Of a stretch of 64,000 nt of DNA, positions 1-11,722 are shown piece by piece. A program made the translations under genes and the position numbers. The stretch comes from Ministeria vibrans ATCC 50519 (Eukaryota > Protista > Filasterea): positions 53,973-117,972 of the forward strand of contig CALSCP010000408.1 of assembly GCA_943704425.1 (NCBI GenBank), in the 5' to 3' direction. How positions within the stretch are numbered: the stretch's first letter is position 1; the number at the start of each line of letters is the position of its first letter. The notes beneath the pieces were generated by a model. The model saw only the letters and a list, made by a program, of their open reading frames with translations. It had not been told where the DNA came from and did no database searches.

Positions 1-29
1 CCCCCCCCCACTGACCATGATATTTATAG

Positions 30-1222
30 CTCCGTATGGTATTCGCGAAGCAGCGAAAACGCTGGGTGCGCGACCGGGAAAGACAGTGGAAGTGGATCCA
101 GAACTGTACACAAGAGAGAGAAAGAAACAAAGTGATAGACGGAGAGACTGTCCGAGTGTTTGCGCCGTTCATGTTCATACCCTCTCATTCCATGTCACGA
201 TACTCTTCATGTAGAAAATCGCGACGGTTTCCTGCAACGCGTACTTATCCTATCAGTGATATGTATGGTGATTTGATGGTCTTTGCGGTACGCAATTTGT
301 CCTTGGGCGGTCGCATTGCCTACTGGTTGCCCAGTCTCACCGATGAGTAAGAATGTAGTATAATTATATTCGTCACTGTGCCATTCTGTGTGAGTCTTTC
401 TCTTATGTGTGTCAGTGTTCTGTATGACTCATTTTGTGCACCTTCTCATTCTGTCTGACTCAATTTGTGTGTCTCTTCCATTCTATGTATGTGTCTCTCT
501 CTCTCTCTTTTCCTCTCTTTTTCTGTATGAATTTGTGTGTCTCTCTTCCATTCTATGTATCACATTATGTGTCTCTCTCTTTTCTCTCTTTTTCTGTATG
601 CCTCATTTTGTCCGTCTTTCTTAGTCTTTACATGTGTCTCATTTTGCTTTAATGACTGCGTGTCTCTGTGTCTCGTTTAGGTTCTGTTCGTCGCACATTC
701 CGGCTCATCCATGTCTCACCCTCTGTGCCAATTGTGACCAACCACTTTCGCTTGTGCTCTCGCGTCGTTTGCTTGTCTATGAGAAGACTCAGCACTACAG
801 AGTAAGCCTGAACGTCTGTGTGTTGGTTTGAGAGTGACGTTGTGTGCACGACAGTGAGAGAGTGGGGGTGAAATCTGTGTGTTTGATGGAGAGAGGGGCG
901 GAGACAAGAGAGAGAAAAAGAAAGAGAACAGAGACTCGACTTTTTTAAATATTGAAGTGTGTACACGCAGGAACTGACCGTCGAGGAACGTCCACTGTGC
1001 TATGTGGCGGCGCTCCTGCATGTGCGCGATCGGGTCTTTGCCATTGAGAGTGACTTGGCAGACCGCAAACGACAAGCAGAGGCACTGGCAGAGCAGGCAG
1101 ACTCTCTCAAGTTCAAGAAACGAATGGTCGGCAAAGTGAAGCGACTCGAAGCCATTGCTCGCGAGAAACAGGCTAGAGACGCATCGGAGTCGGCTCAGCC
1201 TTCGAGTGCAATGCAAAAATAA
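30..1222 (+). CDS. TRMT11: tRNA (guanine-N2)-methyltransferase TRM11, 3' part (exons ~30-105, 215-346, 681-801, 971-1222); 5' end lies outside the window
   Basis: Spliced translation gives (D)PPYGIRE...YPISDMYGDLMVFAVRNLSLGGRIAYWLP...HPCLTLCANCDQPLSLVLSRRLLVYEK, matching the Trm11 DPPYGIRE motif and C-terminal region; all junctions are GT-AG and in frame. Confidence 0.85.
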
Positions 1223-1333
1223 AAAATGTCCAATCTTGAGATAGTCACTTCATTTGCAATTTATCCTGGGGAACACCTTCTATGCACACACCAAGGAAGA
1301 TACTACAACACACAAACACAGACTCTGAGAGTC

Positions 1334-1935
1334 TCACATCGAGCGAGCAAGTCCCGCGAGAGCACCCGCCAGAATCAGTCGACGGAGGGCTTCCACACGC
1401 TCCTTGGAGAGACGTGTGACACTCTCCGTCACCGCCTGACGTCCAATGATCGCGGACACACAAGCCATAATCACAACGTGTTGCTGCACATAAAACGCCG
1501 CTCCAAACAGAGCAATCACCGGCGCATGAGCAATAGGCTGCAGCTTGTCGTCGTCGCGGTAGATGCAGGCAAACGCGATGAGGACCGTCACACCGTACAG
1601 CCCTAAACACACAAACATGTCATTGACGTTCTGTCCTATTTGTGGATTGTACCCGCAGCAATTCGATCGTGAAACAGCCCCAGAGCAAGGTAATCATACA
1701 CGCCCATGGCCACGCCAGCAATGCCGACGGTGCTGGCCATTCTCTTGATCATCGAGTGCGATTTGACCATTCGAGGCGGAGCATCGTAACGACGAGCACC
1801 CAACAGCGCTCCCAGACCCATTAGAGCCGTTCCAAGACTCGCATCCAAACGTCCATTGAGGTACAAGCTGGCAGCCGACGCAAAGGCGACAATCGCAAGG
1901 AGCAGCTCGAGCTTCGACGTTGTTGTTCGAAACAT
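1334..1935 (-). CDS. Small multi-pass membrane protein of unknown function (2 exons)
   Basis: Two hydrophobic ORFs (1636-1974, 1334-1618) joined by a short GT-AG intron at ~1603-1651; several 18-22 aa hydrophobic stretches. Confidence 0.55.
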
Positions 1936-2250
1936 AACACACCTGACAAGAATAAAATAACCACAACTATTCACGTCTCTTGACAGAATTATTTATTATT
2001 GTAAGTGAATAATTCTGTATTGACACTTCTTCTTTGCTCCATCTAACCGTCTTCTAATTTCTATTCTTCTTCGTTCTTGGGGCTAGCCTAATGACGAAAG
2101 CATTCAGCAATCATAAATGGGAAAAATGCAAAGTGCACACCCTAGAGGAAGCAAAATGCAAAGTGCACACCCTAAATGCAAAGTGCACACCTTTTCAAGA
2201 AATAAATGCAAAATGCACACTTGTTTACACTTGTTTGACTCAATCGCGTC

Positions 2251-4867
2251 CTAGTAAATAAAATCGGCCATGCGAGCCCGTTTGCGCCGGCGTCGCCGAG
2301 GACGAGGTCCCTCGTTGTCGTCCTCAACCTCTTGATCCACGTCGTCGTCGTCGTCGTCGTCCTTGTCATCGCTGTCGGCCGTGTCATCGTTGTCGTCCTC
2401 AACCTCCTCTTGATCCACGTCGTCGTCGCCTTCGTCTTCGTCGTCCTTGTCGTTGCTGTCGGCGATGTCATCGTCGAGCGGCCCTCGTGCCTGGCAAGTG
2501 CGGCTGTTGTGGCCCTGAAGCCCGCAGACAGTGCACGCGTAGCGGCGCTGAAANNNNNGTCATCCTTGTCGTTGCTGTCGGCGATGTCATCGTCGAGCGG
2601 CCCTCGTGCCTGGCAAGTGCGGCTGTTGTGGCCCTGAAGCCCGCAGACAGTGCACGCGTAGCGGCGCTGAAACTCCTCAGCATCATCACCTTGAAGCCCT
2701 CGATCTGCGATCGGAGCGTCCCGTCGCAGCGTGCCAAGCTGGACCATCACTACGTCTGAGGCAGCGAGGGAACTGTCCGCGGCGTCCTGCTCCCCCACAG
2801 AACGCACCCGGCTCCCAGCACCACGGCCCACTGATGCAGACGAGCTGAGAATAGGGCGGCCGCCAACGACTCGCGATGCAGTCGCTGACACTTCCTCGCA
2901 CAGCAGCCTCCGCGACAGACGCACAGCAATGTAGCGTGGAGGGAGAACGTCCAGGAACGACTCAACCTCCAACTCCGGGTGCGGGAGCGAAATTGCCTTC
3001 ATGTGCTCACGCATTTGTGCACGCGTGCCGCCCGGAAACAGAAGCGGTGCCAAGTCGCCGTGGAGAAGCTGGTCAGATGCCGTGAGGTTACGCACTGCGT
3101 GCAGAACGTGCTCGCACGGCAATACATCTTGGATACAGCACCCAGCTGAGCACCAGCTTCGCCGGTTGTTCAGGTCGCGCAGGTCCACCACCACCTCCTC
3201 CGCTTGCGCATCTGTCCGCGCCACCGTCTCGCTGCTCCGCAGGGAGAGGCATCGGCCTGGATCGGGACGAGAAGACACGACCCATCGGATCCGTGCGCCT
3301 TGGAGGCGTGCTCGCACAATGCGCTGCAACTTGCTCGTGGGAATGGGGTCAGCCTCGCTTTTGCGCACCTGCTCCAGAGTGGCGCCGTGTGCTGTGGCGG
3401 CGCTGCTGATGAGTGCCCTCACTTTGTTCGACACGCCCTGGGCGCTGTCGAGGTTGGAGAACATGCCCTCAGCATCGTTGGCGGTCAAGTTGTCCAAGAT
3501 GTTCATCGGCAGGAAGGCTTTCGCCCACGTCGTCTTGTCGGAGCTGTCGAGGCGGGCAAACATGGCTTCGTCGAGGTCCTTCATTGTAGCCAGAAAGCGG
3601 TTGAAGCGGTCGATGGTGCTCGCATTAGAAAGCTTCTTGAACACATCCAGCACCTTGAACTTTTGCTCGCTGTCACCGCGACATCGCGAAACAATGTTGC
3701 GCTGAAGATGCTGGTTGCAGTTGACGATGTTTGCTGCCGCTTGGAGGATGCGCTTCACGGCTCCGTTGATAGCTCGGCCCTTGTCGATGACCCACGCGGA
3801 TGTCACGCCGTCGGAGTCGTGCTTGCGTGAGAGCCCAAGGCCCTCGTTGACCGCCCGAACCAGGGTCTCCGCGTTCTCCCTGGTTTCGCCTCCGCATACC
3901 ATGAAGGCCACTGGCAGTTTCGTGCGCGCGTAGGAGCGGACCGTGACGACGCCAATGTGGCAGAGGTTTCCGCCAGTGAGCGCCGGCCGGCCACGTCGTC
4001 GAGCTCGTGCGCCGACGTCAGCACTATCAGTATCGCCTTGGTCGACGTCTGCATCACCGGCACCACCACCACCGTCAACGCCGTAGCGCTCTTGCTGAAG
4101 GTTGAGGACGTCACGGACAGTGACGGTCAATGTCGGGACGTGCGTAAAGTCGAGGCCAAACACAGGGGCGAGCACTCCAGCGTCGTACATGTCCGCCACA
4201 TCCCCGACAAAGAAGATGGCGTGCTTGAACTCACGTCGGCCGTCGGCACGGGCGAAAAAGGCAACGTCCGCCGTGCTCCGTTGGTTGTCCAGGCGCTGCC
4301 ACTGGGTAGCGTATGCGCACAGGTGTGCGAAGTCGCGCTGCAGTGCTGCGAAAGAGTTGCTCTCATTTGCACCAAGCTGCTGGGCAGGAGACGGTCGACG
4401 ATGGAGCGCCAGGGAGCGAGCGATCATGTCATCGCTGGCGGTGAGCCCATTGAGCGCGTTCTTGACAGCCGCACGGCCGTTGCCCATCAGACGCCCGGCA
4501 TTGTGGCCAACAGCACCTGCCGTTCGACTCACCACCCTGGCCACTGTTGATTTTGAGACAGACAAGGACCGCTTGACGCCCCTCTCGTTGTCCCCGGTAC
4601 CGCAAGTGTGCACATCACACATGTCGCTGACTGTCCACCTCTCTGTCGTGCTGAGCCGCACAAATTTAACAAAGTACAGGCACCCTTCTGTCGGCCTGCC
4701 AGTGTCGCATGACTCGCGCATCCGAATCGCTTGCGGGTTGTTGTGTTGTTGCGGAATGCTCTTGGTTTGCGGTTGTAGAAGGTGGCTCCGTGATCCCAAA
4801 TCACATCATGGGGCTCCACGGCCGCCGGCAAAACAGTGCCGACTTTTAGTATCTCTGGCACTGGCAA
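2251..4867 (-). CDS. MULE transposase (MuDR-type N-terminal Zn finger, MULE DDE core, SWIM finger, CCHC knuckle, acidic tail); apparent frameshift near 4670-4725
   Basis: WVIDKGRAINGAV...CNQHLQRN (D and CxxH motifs), WCSAGCCIQDVLPCEHVLHA (SWIM), CTVCGLQGHNSRTC (knuckle). After removing the gap duplication the frame ends in an acidic tail plus PRRRRRKR, with TAG at 2251-2253. Confidence 0.85.
2443..2672. other. Assembly gap (N 2554-2558) flanked by a duplicated ~110-bp overlap
   Basis: ~2443-2553 is repeated at ~2562-2672, either side of NNNNN. Confidence 0.85.
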
Positions 4868-5776
4868 AGGAGACTAAAAGACAACAAGAGAGTCAGACTT
4901 GAAGGCTGAAGAGTTTGATTTGCTAGAACATCTGTGATCTTTCATCTCGTTTGCGCGCGAACGTTGTTTGCGCGCGCCAATTGCAGGGGCGCTGCGGAAC
5001 TCGTGTGGGCAACGGGAGCGCCAGCCTGCACAACACCCACTCGCCCAAGCAGCCCTACTCGACTCGGGGACAGAAAGGTGTGTTTCTGGCGAGCGGGGGT
5101 GCTGTGGTGATGCTCTTCAGCTACTTTCCTTCGGCTGCAACCTCGCTTCGATGGCAAACAGCAAGCAGCAAGCAGGCAAACAGTATTACAGCAACCCATC
5201 ATAATCACCCGACCAGGGCCCAGATACAGCCCACTGTGGGCCAACCAGAGCCCGCATATGTAGAACATATCGAGCAGCGAGCGTGCAAAACAGCCAAGTA
5301 CCCGAAAACGCAAATTAAAGCTGTACTGAAACCCTAACCTGCATATCACCACGAGCAGCTTGAGACCACTGAAGGCTAAAGAGTTCGATTTGCTAGGAAA
5401 AGTGAAAAAACTGAGATATTTCGACGTTGTGAGAGTACCTTTTCGCGCGTATTTTGCTTGCGCGCGCAAATTCCTCACGGGCACTGCGAATTCGTGTGCA
5501 ACGAGAGCGCCAGCCTTCATGACACCCAATTGCCCAAGCAGCCCTACACCAGGTGAGACAGAAGAGGCGTGTTTTCTGGCCATCGAGGGAATGCGAGAGT
5601 ACTCGTCGGCCGCTTCCGTGTGCATTTTGCATTTATTTCTTGAAAAGGTGTGCATTTTGCATTTTGGGTGTGCACTTTGCATTTTGTACTTCAAAAGGTG
5701 TGCACTTTGCATTTTTCCCATCATAAATTATTCACATTTATTTTATTCTCTTTTTTTACTCTTTCTTTTGTCTACC

Positions 5777-6796
5777 ATGATGCTTTCCCGATCCGTCTTG
5801 GTTGCCTGCCGATCACTATCGACCAGTAATACAAGCAAAAAAAAGCACCAGGCAACGTAAAGAGCCCTGTCACTCGTAGGCGCTGCGAAACACGCGACCA
5901 TTGGCTTCATTGGCCTTGGCAACATGGGCGGCCACATGGCAGTGAACCTGGCCAAGGGGGGCCACGATGTGGTTGTGCACGACATGAACGCCGAGGCGGT
6001 GAAACGCGTGTGTGCCCTGAGCAAACAAGTGAGTGCCGAATCGTCCGCGGCTGCCGTTGCGCGCCGCTCCAACACGGTCATCACGATGCTGCCGAGTAAC
6101 CCCCACGTTCGCTCGGTGTACTTTGACGAGGCGGGTGTGCTGTCGGCAGTCCAGCCCGGGTCGCTTCTGATCGACGCCAGCACAATCGATCCGGCCGTGT
6201 CGCGCGCGGTTGCCGATCAGGCCAGCGCCGCCGGAAAGGATCTTGTGTTTGTGGACGCGCCCGTGTCGGGCGGTGTGGGCGGTGCCGAGGCTGGCACGCT
6301 CACGTTCATGGTAGGCGGCGAGGCGGCGGCGTTTGCGCGTGCGGAAACGGTGCTCAAGTGCATGGGCAAGAACATTGTGCACTGTGGCGCAGTGGGCACG
6401 GGACAGGTCGCCAAGCTGTGCAACAACATGCTACTTGCCATTGGTATGATTGGTACTGCCGAGGCCATGAACCTGGGCGTGAAGAACGGCATGGACCCGA
6501 AACTACTGGCGGGCATTCTTAACACGAGCAGCGGCCGTTGCTGGTCAAGCGACACATATAACCCTTGTCCGGGCGTGATCGACACAGCACCCGCCTCACG
6601 TGGCTACACTGGCGGTTTTGGCTCGGCTCTTATGCTCAAGGATCTGGGACTTGCCCTGGACGCCGCTGCTGCCGCACAGGCACCCGTCCCGCTTGGTGGT
6701 CACGCGCGCGAGCTGTACAAGCTCCTCTGTGCCCATGGCAACGCCACAAAGGACTTCTCGTCCATATATGAGTTTCTGGCAGCAGAGAAGAAGTGA
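5777..6796 (+). CDS. HIBADH: Mitochondrial 3-hydroxyisobutyrate dehydrogenase (intron 5826-5879)
   Basis: Presequence-like exon 1 (MMLSRSVLVACRSLST), then IGFIGLGNMG, DAPVSGGVGGA, AKLCNNM, SSGRCWSSDTYNPCPG, LMLKDLGLA. Confidence 0.95.
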
Positions 6797-6858
6797 ACAA
6801 CAATGCGCAACAATGCCTGTATGTGGGAAGAGTGTTTTCTTTTTATAGAGGTGAAAGT

Positions 6859-8353
6859 TTAGTCTGATTTCTGCTCCACGCCCATTTCAAGAAGCATTTG
6901 GACCGTCTGGTCCACTGAGCCACCGACTGAAACGAGAATTTCACGGATGGTTTCCGAGTCAATGGCGGGAAACATATCGTGAAGGGACAGTGCGTTTGCA
7001 TCGAGATCGGCTGAGCTGACATCCGTTTCGGTCAGGGGAGGAGGAAGGGGCTCTGAAGCAGAAGAAGCGGATGGAGGGAGAAAGGACGAAGAAGGAGGTA
7101 GAGGGAAGGAAGGAGGAAAGTGCTGTTGGGGAAGCATGTTCGGAGGAGCGAACATGGGCTGAGGGTAGAACATGACGGGATTGCCACTGGCGTCGTACAG
7201 CTGTGGCTGCACGGGTGCAAGCTGAAGACCAGGCTGCACAAAGGTGGAAGGAGGAGATATCAGATAATATGAAACTAGGACTCTCCCTCTAAAATGTGTG
7301 TGTGTGTGTGTGTTACGTGGAATACGAGTTGGAGTGCCACGGTGCCTTCATGTCCCTGTTTCCCTCTGAGATCAAACGATTGTGTCACCGATTGCTGTTC
7401 AAAGACAGTCTCTAGGTCAATTGCTGCAATCGCAATCTCTTTGTCGGTCGCAATGCCCTTTAACAAGCACAATTGAGTGAGTGAGTGCGTGTCTTGGGTC
7501 GTTTGTGTTTGGCTTACCTCGTCAAAGATTCGAAGGTGCAGAGTATTGTAGCCTGGGAGAATAGTACTAAGAGAAAAATAGTGAGGGTTGAGCGACGTTG
7601 TACACAGTCCAGCTGTCAGAGTTACAATTGCATGAGCTGATTCCATTTGGGTGATTTTCCGCCATTGCGATCAGTGCTCGTTGAAAATTTGAGACTTCCG
7701 ACGCGCACAGAGCAGAATGGGTCCATTCGCGTGAGTCCATAGTTCTTCACCAGAGTCGCATGCCTCACGGTGACATCGAGGACGCCGCGGCGTTCGCTGG
7801 GCGGCAGAGCGACATACTGCGCATTCAAAGAGCGAAAAGAGTGAGAGCAGACACAAACGCCATCGCCATTGCGTAGCGGTACCTGCTGTCCGTGTTGAGG
7901 CACAACAACGGGCCGCGGCATCATGTGGGGCAACATGAGGAAGTCTGCAGGTAGTCTCATGAGCGGTTCGGTCGGTGGTCGATTCTGGGAAAGTTTTTTT
8001 TTTTTTTTAGTTTTGGTTTTCGTGTCAGTGAACTCCGCGTCAAAAAAAAAGACTTTGTAACGTACGGATGCGGGCGGCGCTTGACCATGAGGTGCGGAGG
8101 TTTGAACATGTGAGTGTTGCGGGGGCGATGGGCGAGCAGGAGGGTTTGTTGACGAAGAACTCGGACGAAAGCCGTGGGGAGTCCACTGGAGCGGCTCGCC
8201 GTCGCCGTCGCTGTCGTCCTCGTCGACCGGCAGGCCATTCTGCGATACTGAGAGCCGTGCAAGGCCCTGGGAGGGCGATGAGGATGATGGCGGTGGCGCA
8301 CGCTCGTGCTGTCTGTCTTCTTCGTCGAAGTCTTGCACTCGATTGTACGACAT
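6859..8353 (-). CDS. TOLLIP: Toll-interacting protein homologue (Tom1-binding motif, C2 domain, CUE domain); multi-exon
   Basis: LPADFL; ATLVKNYGLTRMDPFCSVRVG...NGGKSPKWN (TOLLIP-type C2); C-terminal CUE LHDMFPAIDSETIREIL...QMLLEM. Confidence 0.9.
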
Positions 8354-8719
8354 GACTAAATTCAATGACTTGCAAATAATTGCCATGAAAAATGCTGACT
8401 CACTGATCCCCGTCTTTTTTTTTCGATTCCTAGGAGTTAGGAGGGTTAGTCACTTACTTAGTCTATCAGTCTATGGCAGAAGCATTGTATTGCTCTTGTG
8501 TTTTCTTTTTTATTTGACTCGCTTGTTTATACGTTGATCGATTGGGTGTTGTCAACACTCAACGTATTGAGTTAAGAATCGGATATTGCAACAAACAAGC
8601 CAAGCCGTCCACATGTTTCAGTTTACACACAAGCAATGATTAATATTCATTAGTACAAAATCATAGTTACAGTTTGCTGTCTCTGTCTCTCGCTGTGTCT
8701 CTCTGTGTCTCTCGATGTC

Positions 8720-9352
8720 TCAAGCCCACTTGGACTGCCGTCGAATGCGCGAATAGGCATTGGTCACGTCGATAAACTTGGCCTCGCAATCGGTACAGCC
8801 CGGGTTCTTGTCAGGGTGCAGACTCGAGGCGAGCGTGCGGTACGCCTTCTTGATGGTCGGCAGGTCATCGCCCACCGACACACCCAGCAGGCGGTAGTCA
8901 CTGCGCAGCGAGCCCTGATCGCGTGCACGCCCGGACCCGCTGTGTCGCTGGCCGTCGTCGCCTGCCCCCGCCCCGTCTCTCCCGTGGTGCTGCTCCCGAT
9001 GGCGTTGGTGCGGTCGTTCGTCGCTCGTCCGAAACTCAAAGTGAAACTCAAAGTTTGAGTTTTCCGCCCACGTCTTCAAAATCTCGTCAATGTCAATATG
9101 CTCGCTGTTCAGGGCATCCATATTCAGCGTTTTAAAGAGTCCCTGCGTGTCGAGCGCCTGCACAACGTGCTCCGCATACGATTTCAGGGCGTACAGCAGC
9201 CCCACCGTCGCCAGCGCCGCACACGCCGCCACGAGCAGCATCCCAACGCAGCACAGTGCACAGCAGCTCCAACCCTTCTTCCCCACTGCATTTGAGCTAC
9301 TGCGCTCAGTCGTACTGGCGCTGGTGATGTTTCTCCGGCGACTGCTCGACAT
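8720..9352 (-). CDS. DnaJ-domain protein with N-terminal TM segment and C-terminal J domain
   Basis: DYRLLGV...IKKAYRTLASSLHPDKNP (HPD motif); hydrophobic segment at roughly aa 28-55; single exon. Confidence 0.85.
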   Translation of the reverse strand: MSSSRRRNITSASTTERSSSNAVGKKGWSCCALCCVGMLLVAACAALATVGLLYALKSYAEHVVQALDTQGLFKTLNMDALNSEHIDIDEILKTWAENSNFEFHFEFRTSDERPHQRHREQHHGRDGAGAGDDGQRHSGSGRARDQGSLRSDYRLLGVSVGDDLPTIKKAYRTLASSLHPDKNPGCTDCEAKFIDVTNAYSRIRRQSKWA

Positions 9353-10768
9353 CGCAAAAAGTTTACTACCAATACTGTGAATAGTTTGAAAAACGATTCA
9401 ACTGCGTCAGCTGCATCTGGCTCATGGTCATCATGTTAGAAATAGCAGCAACATCAAATGCATCTATGATTCCATCAGTGATCAGACGTGCAGCGAGTCC
9501 TCATTTTGGAGCTGATCGGCAGATGAGTCGTGGATTCTGCCGTCGAGTCAGTCAGGACCTGACCACCACACACGCCCTCTCTTTTCTCTCTTCTTGGCGA
9601 CCAACTTCGTCTCGGACCACTCTGTAGGCACTCCCTTCCCTTGCCACGCGATCAAACGATCCTGCCTGTCCTCTATCGCACTCCATCTCTCTTTTTTCGC
9701 CTCGCTCGTATTTCAGCGGTTTTGGGGTTTTGACTCTCTCCCGCTAAACCTGCCCGCCCTCCGCCTGTCGATTCTGCGCCAGTCCAAGCGCGACAGTGCG
9801 TGCCTCCTGCCCCTCCGCCCCCGTCCCACACCCCCTCCGTCCTTTCGTTTTCCATCGCCTTCTGCCCTTTTTTTTTTGGGTTTTTTTTTTCCTGCCAACC
9901 GCTCACTTTGAGACACGCTTCTTCCACGAGGCAGTGCTTCCGCGCGTGCCCTTGACCCCTAGTTGCCGTGTGTGCCTTGATGTCTGCGCATGCATGCCTG
10001 TGCCCCTGTGCAGATCCTGTCGGATTGCCAGTTCTTGAGACTGCGCTCTCCTTCCGTTCTTTTTTTTGCCACTTCTCTCTGTGTTGAGAGATCGCAAAAA
10101 AAAAAAAAAAAAAAAAAAAAACCAGGGCGGGACGTGCTTTGCAGCTGGGCATTCCGATGGCAGTGCACGGCTGTCGAGACCATTGTGGCACGGCGTGCAG
10201 ACGCCTGCGTGGTCTTCCGTCTGCGTTTTTTTTTGTTGTGATGACGTCCTTTGCACAGAATGCGCCTCTCTCTTGCCTTGCCTCTCGGCCCCCTGTGTTT
10301 GTCGTCTATATATCTAGACTATTGCTTGCAACCCTCGCGTCGCTTTGTTTTATTTTCGTTTTTTTTTTTCGATCAGATTCGTTTGAGTTTAACTGTGTGT
10401 TTTAGATAACAACAGTAGTCGGTTCTCTCGTTGAGTAGAGTCGTGCAAACCACACAATCATGATTGTTTTTTATGTATCATAATAGTACTATTCTAATGA
10501 TAGTATTATTATGGTATGTCTGTTGTCTGTTGAGAACAGTCATGTGTTGCGTGTGTCCACCAGTCGTCCAACTGTGGAGGCCGTCGTTTGTTCCTTGTGA
10601 GGTCCATTTGGCGAGTGTGGTTTGTATGTGTCTCGTTGTTTAGCAAACACAGAGTCTTGACTCTAACGCCAATTCCCATGTACATGTAGACACTCTTTGT
10701 TGTGGCGCATCAGGGACCGAGTGGAAAAACCGCACACAAACGCAACACACACAGAAAGAGACGCACAG

Positions 10769-11722
10769 ATGAACATCACAGACCCGCACCGAAAACGCGC
10801 AACAGACCTCCTGAAGGAGCACCCTGAGGTGAAGGAGCTGTACGGATACGAGCCTTCGACGGTGCTGTACGCAATACTGACCGCGGGGGGGCAGACCCTC
10901 GCGGCCTATCTGGTCCGCGAGTCGTACTTTTGGGCGATTCTGGGCGGACTGACGTACGGTCCTTACTTGGTCATGTGCATTTTGGTGCTGATCCACGAAG
11001 TGTCGCACAACCTGGTGTTTCGAACGATCCCGGCCAACCGCATCCTCGGTATCATCACCAACATTCCCATGCTGTTGCCCGTCACGGAAATCTTCCGGCA
11101 GCACCACACGGCACACCATCTGTACCTGGGCGATCCTTTCTTTGATGTGGACACCCCGCTGCCTCTTGAGATTCGCGTCGTGGGCCACTCGGCGCTCCTC
11201 AAGGCTCTCTGGCTCTTCTTCAACCCCATCTTTCTGATTGTGCGCTCCCTCTGGAAGCTGCCCGTGCGCTGGAATGCCTTTGTCATTGCCAACTGGGTGA
11301 CATCCATTGGCACTGGCGTTGCCCTGTATTACTATTCCAAACCCGCGCTGACTTTCCTCCTCCTCAGTATGTTCCTCTCGCAAAGCGCCCATCCGTCCAA
11401 CGCTCGCGCCGTCCAACGCCACGTCCAGAACACCGACGCTGCTCTCACGCGCTCCGATGGTGTCAACACCTACTCGTACTACGGCCTCATGAACCGCATC
11501 ACGCTCAACGTCGGCTTCCACGTCGAGCACCACGACTTCCCGCGCGTGCCTCACTCCCGCCTTCCCGATATCAAGCGCATCGCAGGCGACGCATGGTACC
11601 CCGAGGCAGCCGCTCACACCTCCCGCGGCCTCGACTCCAACTGGCAGTTTATCTTTGACGACCAAATTGGCCTCGATTGGTACTGTCAAACCCAGGTCCT
11701 CCAAAAGAACAAACAGACGTAG
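10769..11722 (+). CDS. DEGS1: Sphingolipid delta(4)-desaturase (DEGS/DES1 family); short upstream exons possible (ATG|GTATGT at 10511, exon ~10644-10679)
   Basis: DPHRKRATDLLKEHPEVKEL N-terminal motif; His boxes HEVSH, HHTAHH, HVEHH; TYSYYG...NVGFHVEHHDFP. Confidence 0.88.
   Translation: MNITDPHRKRATDLLKEHPEVKELYGYEPSTVLYAILTAGGQTLAAYLVRESYFWAILGGLTYGPYLVMCILVLIHEVSHNLVFRTIPANRILGIITNIPMLLPVTEIFRQHHTAHHLYLGDPFFDVDTPLPLEIRVVGHSALLKALWLFFNPIFLIVRSLWKLPVRWNAFVIANWVTSIGTGVALYYYSKPALTFLLLSMFLSQSAHPSNARAVQRHVQNTDAALTRSDGVNTYSYYGLMNRITLNVGFHVEHHDFPRVPHSRLPDIKRIAGDAWYPEAAAHTSRGLDSNWQFIFDDQIGLDWYCQTQVLQKNKQT

Larger units (their letters stand above)
2119..5719 (-). mobile_element. Mutator-like (MULE) DNA transposon with both ends intact
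   Basis: ~100-bp TIRs (2119-2220 and ~5618-5719) starting GGGAAAAATGCAAAGTGCACAC; perfect 9-bp TSD ATCATAAAT at 2110-2118 and 5720-5728; internal MULE transposase. Confidence 0.95.

Noticed and set aside
2119-2220. CRISPR-like repeat-spacer array
   Set aside because: Spacers are short and irregular, the block is mirrored at 5618-5719 as a TIR, and the genome is eukaryotic with no cas genes.
2172-2560. Thr-rich C-terminus and second knuckle copy in the 875-aa transposase ORF
   Set aside because: Artefact of the N gap and duplicated overlap shifting the frame; the real tail is acidic and stops at 2251.
9424-10500. Possible gene or ncRNA between the DnaJ gene and the desaturase
   Set aside because: Only low-complexity short ORFs with poly-T/A tracts; probably 5' UTR exons and introns of the desaturase; no recognisable RNA structure.
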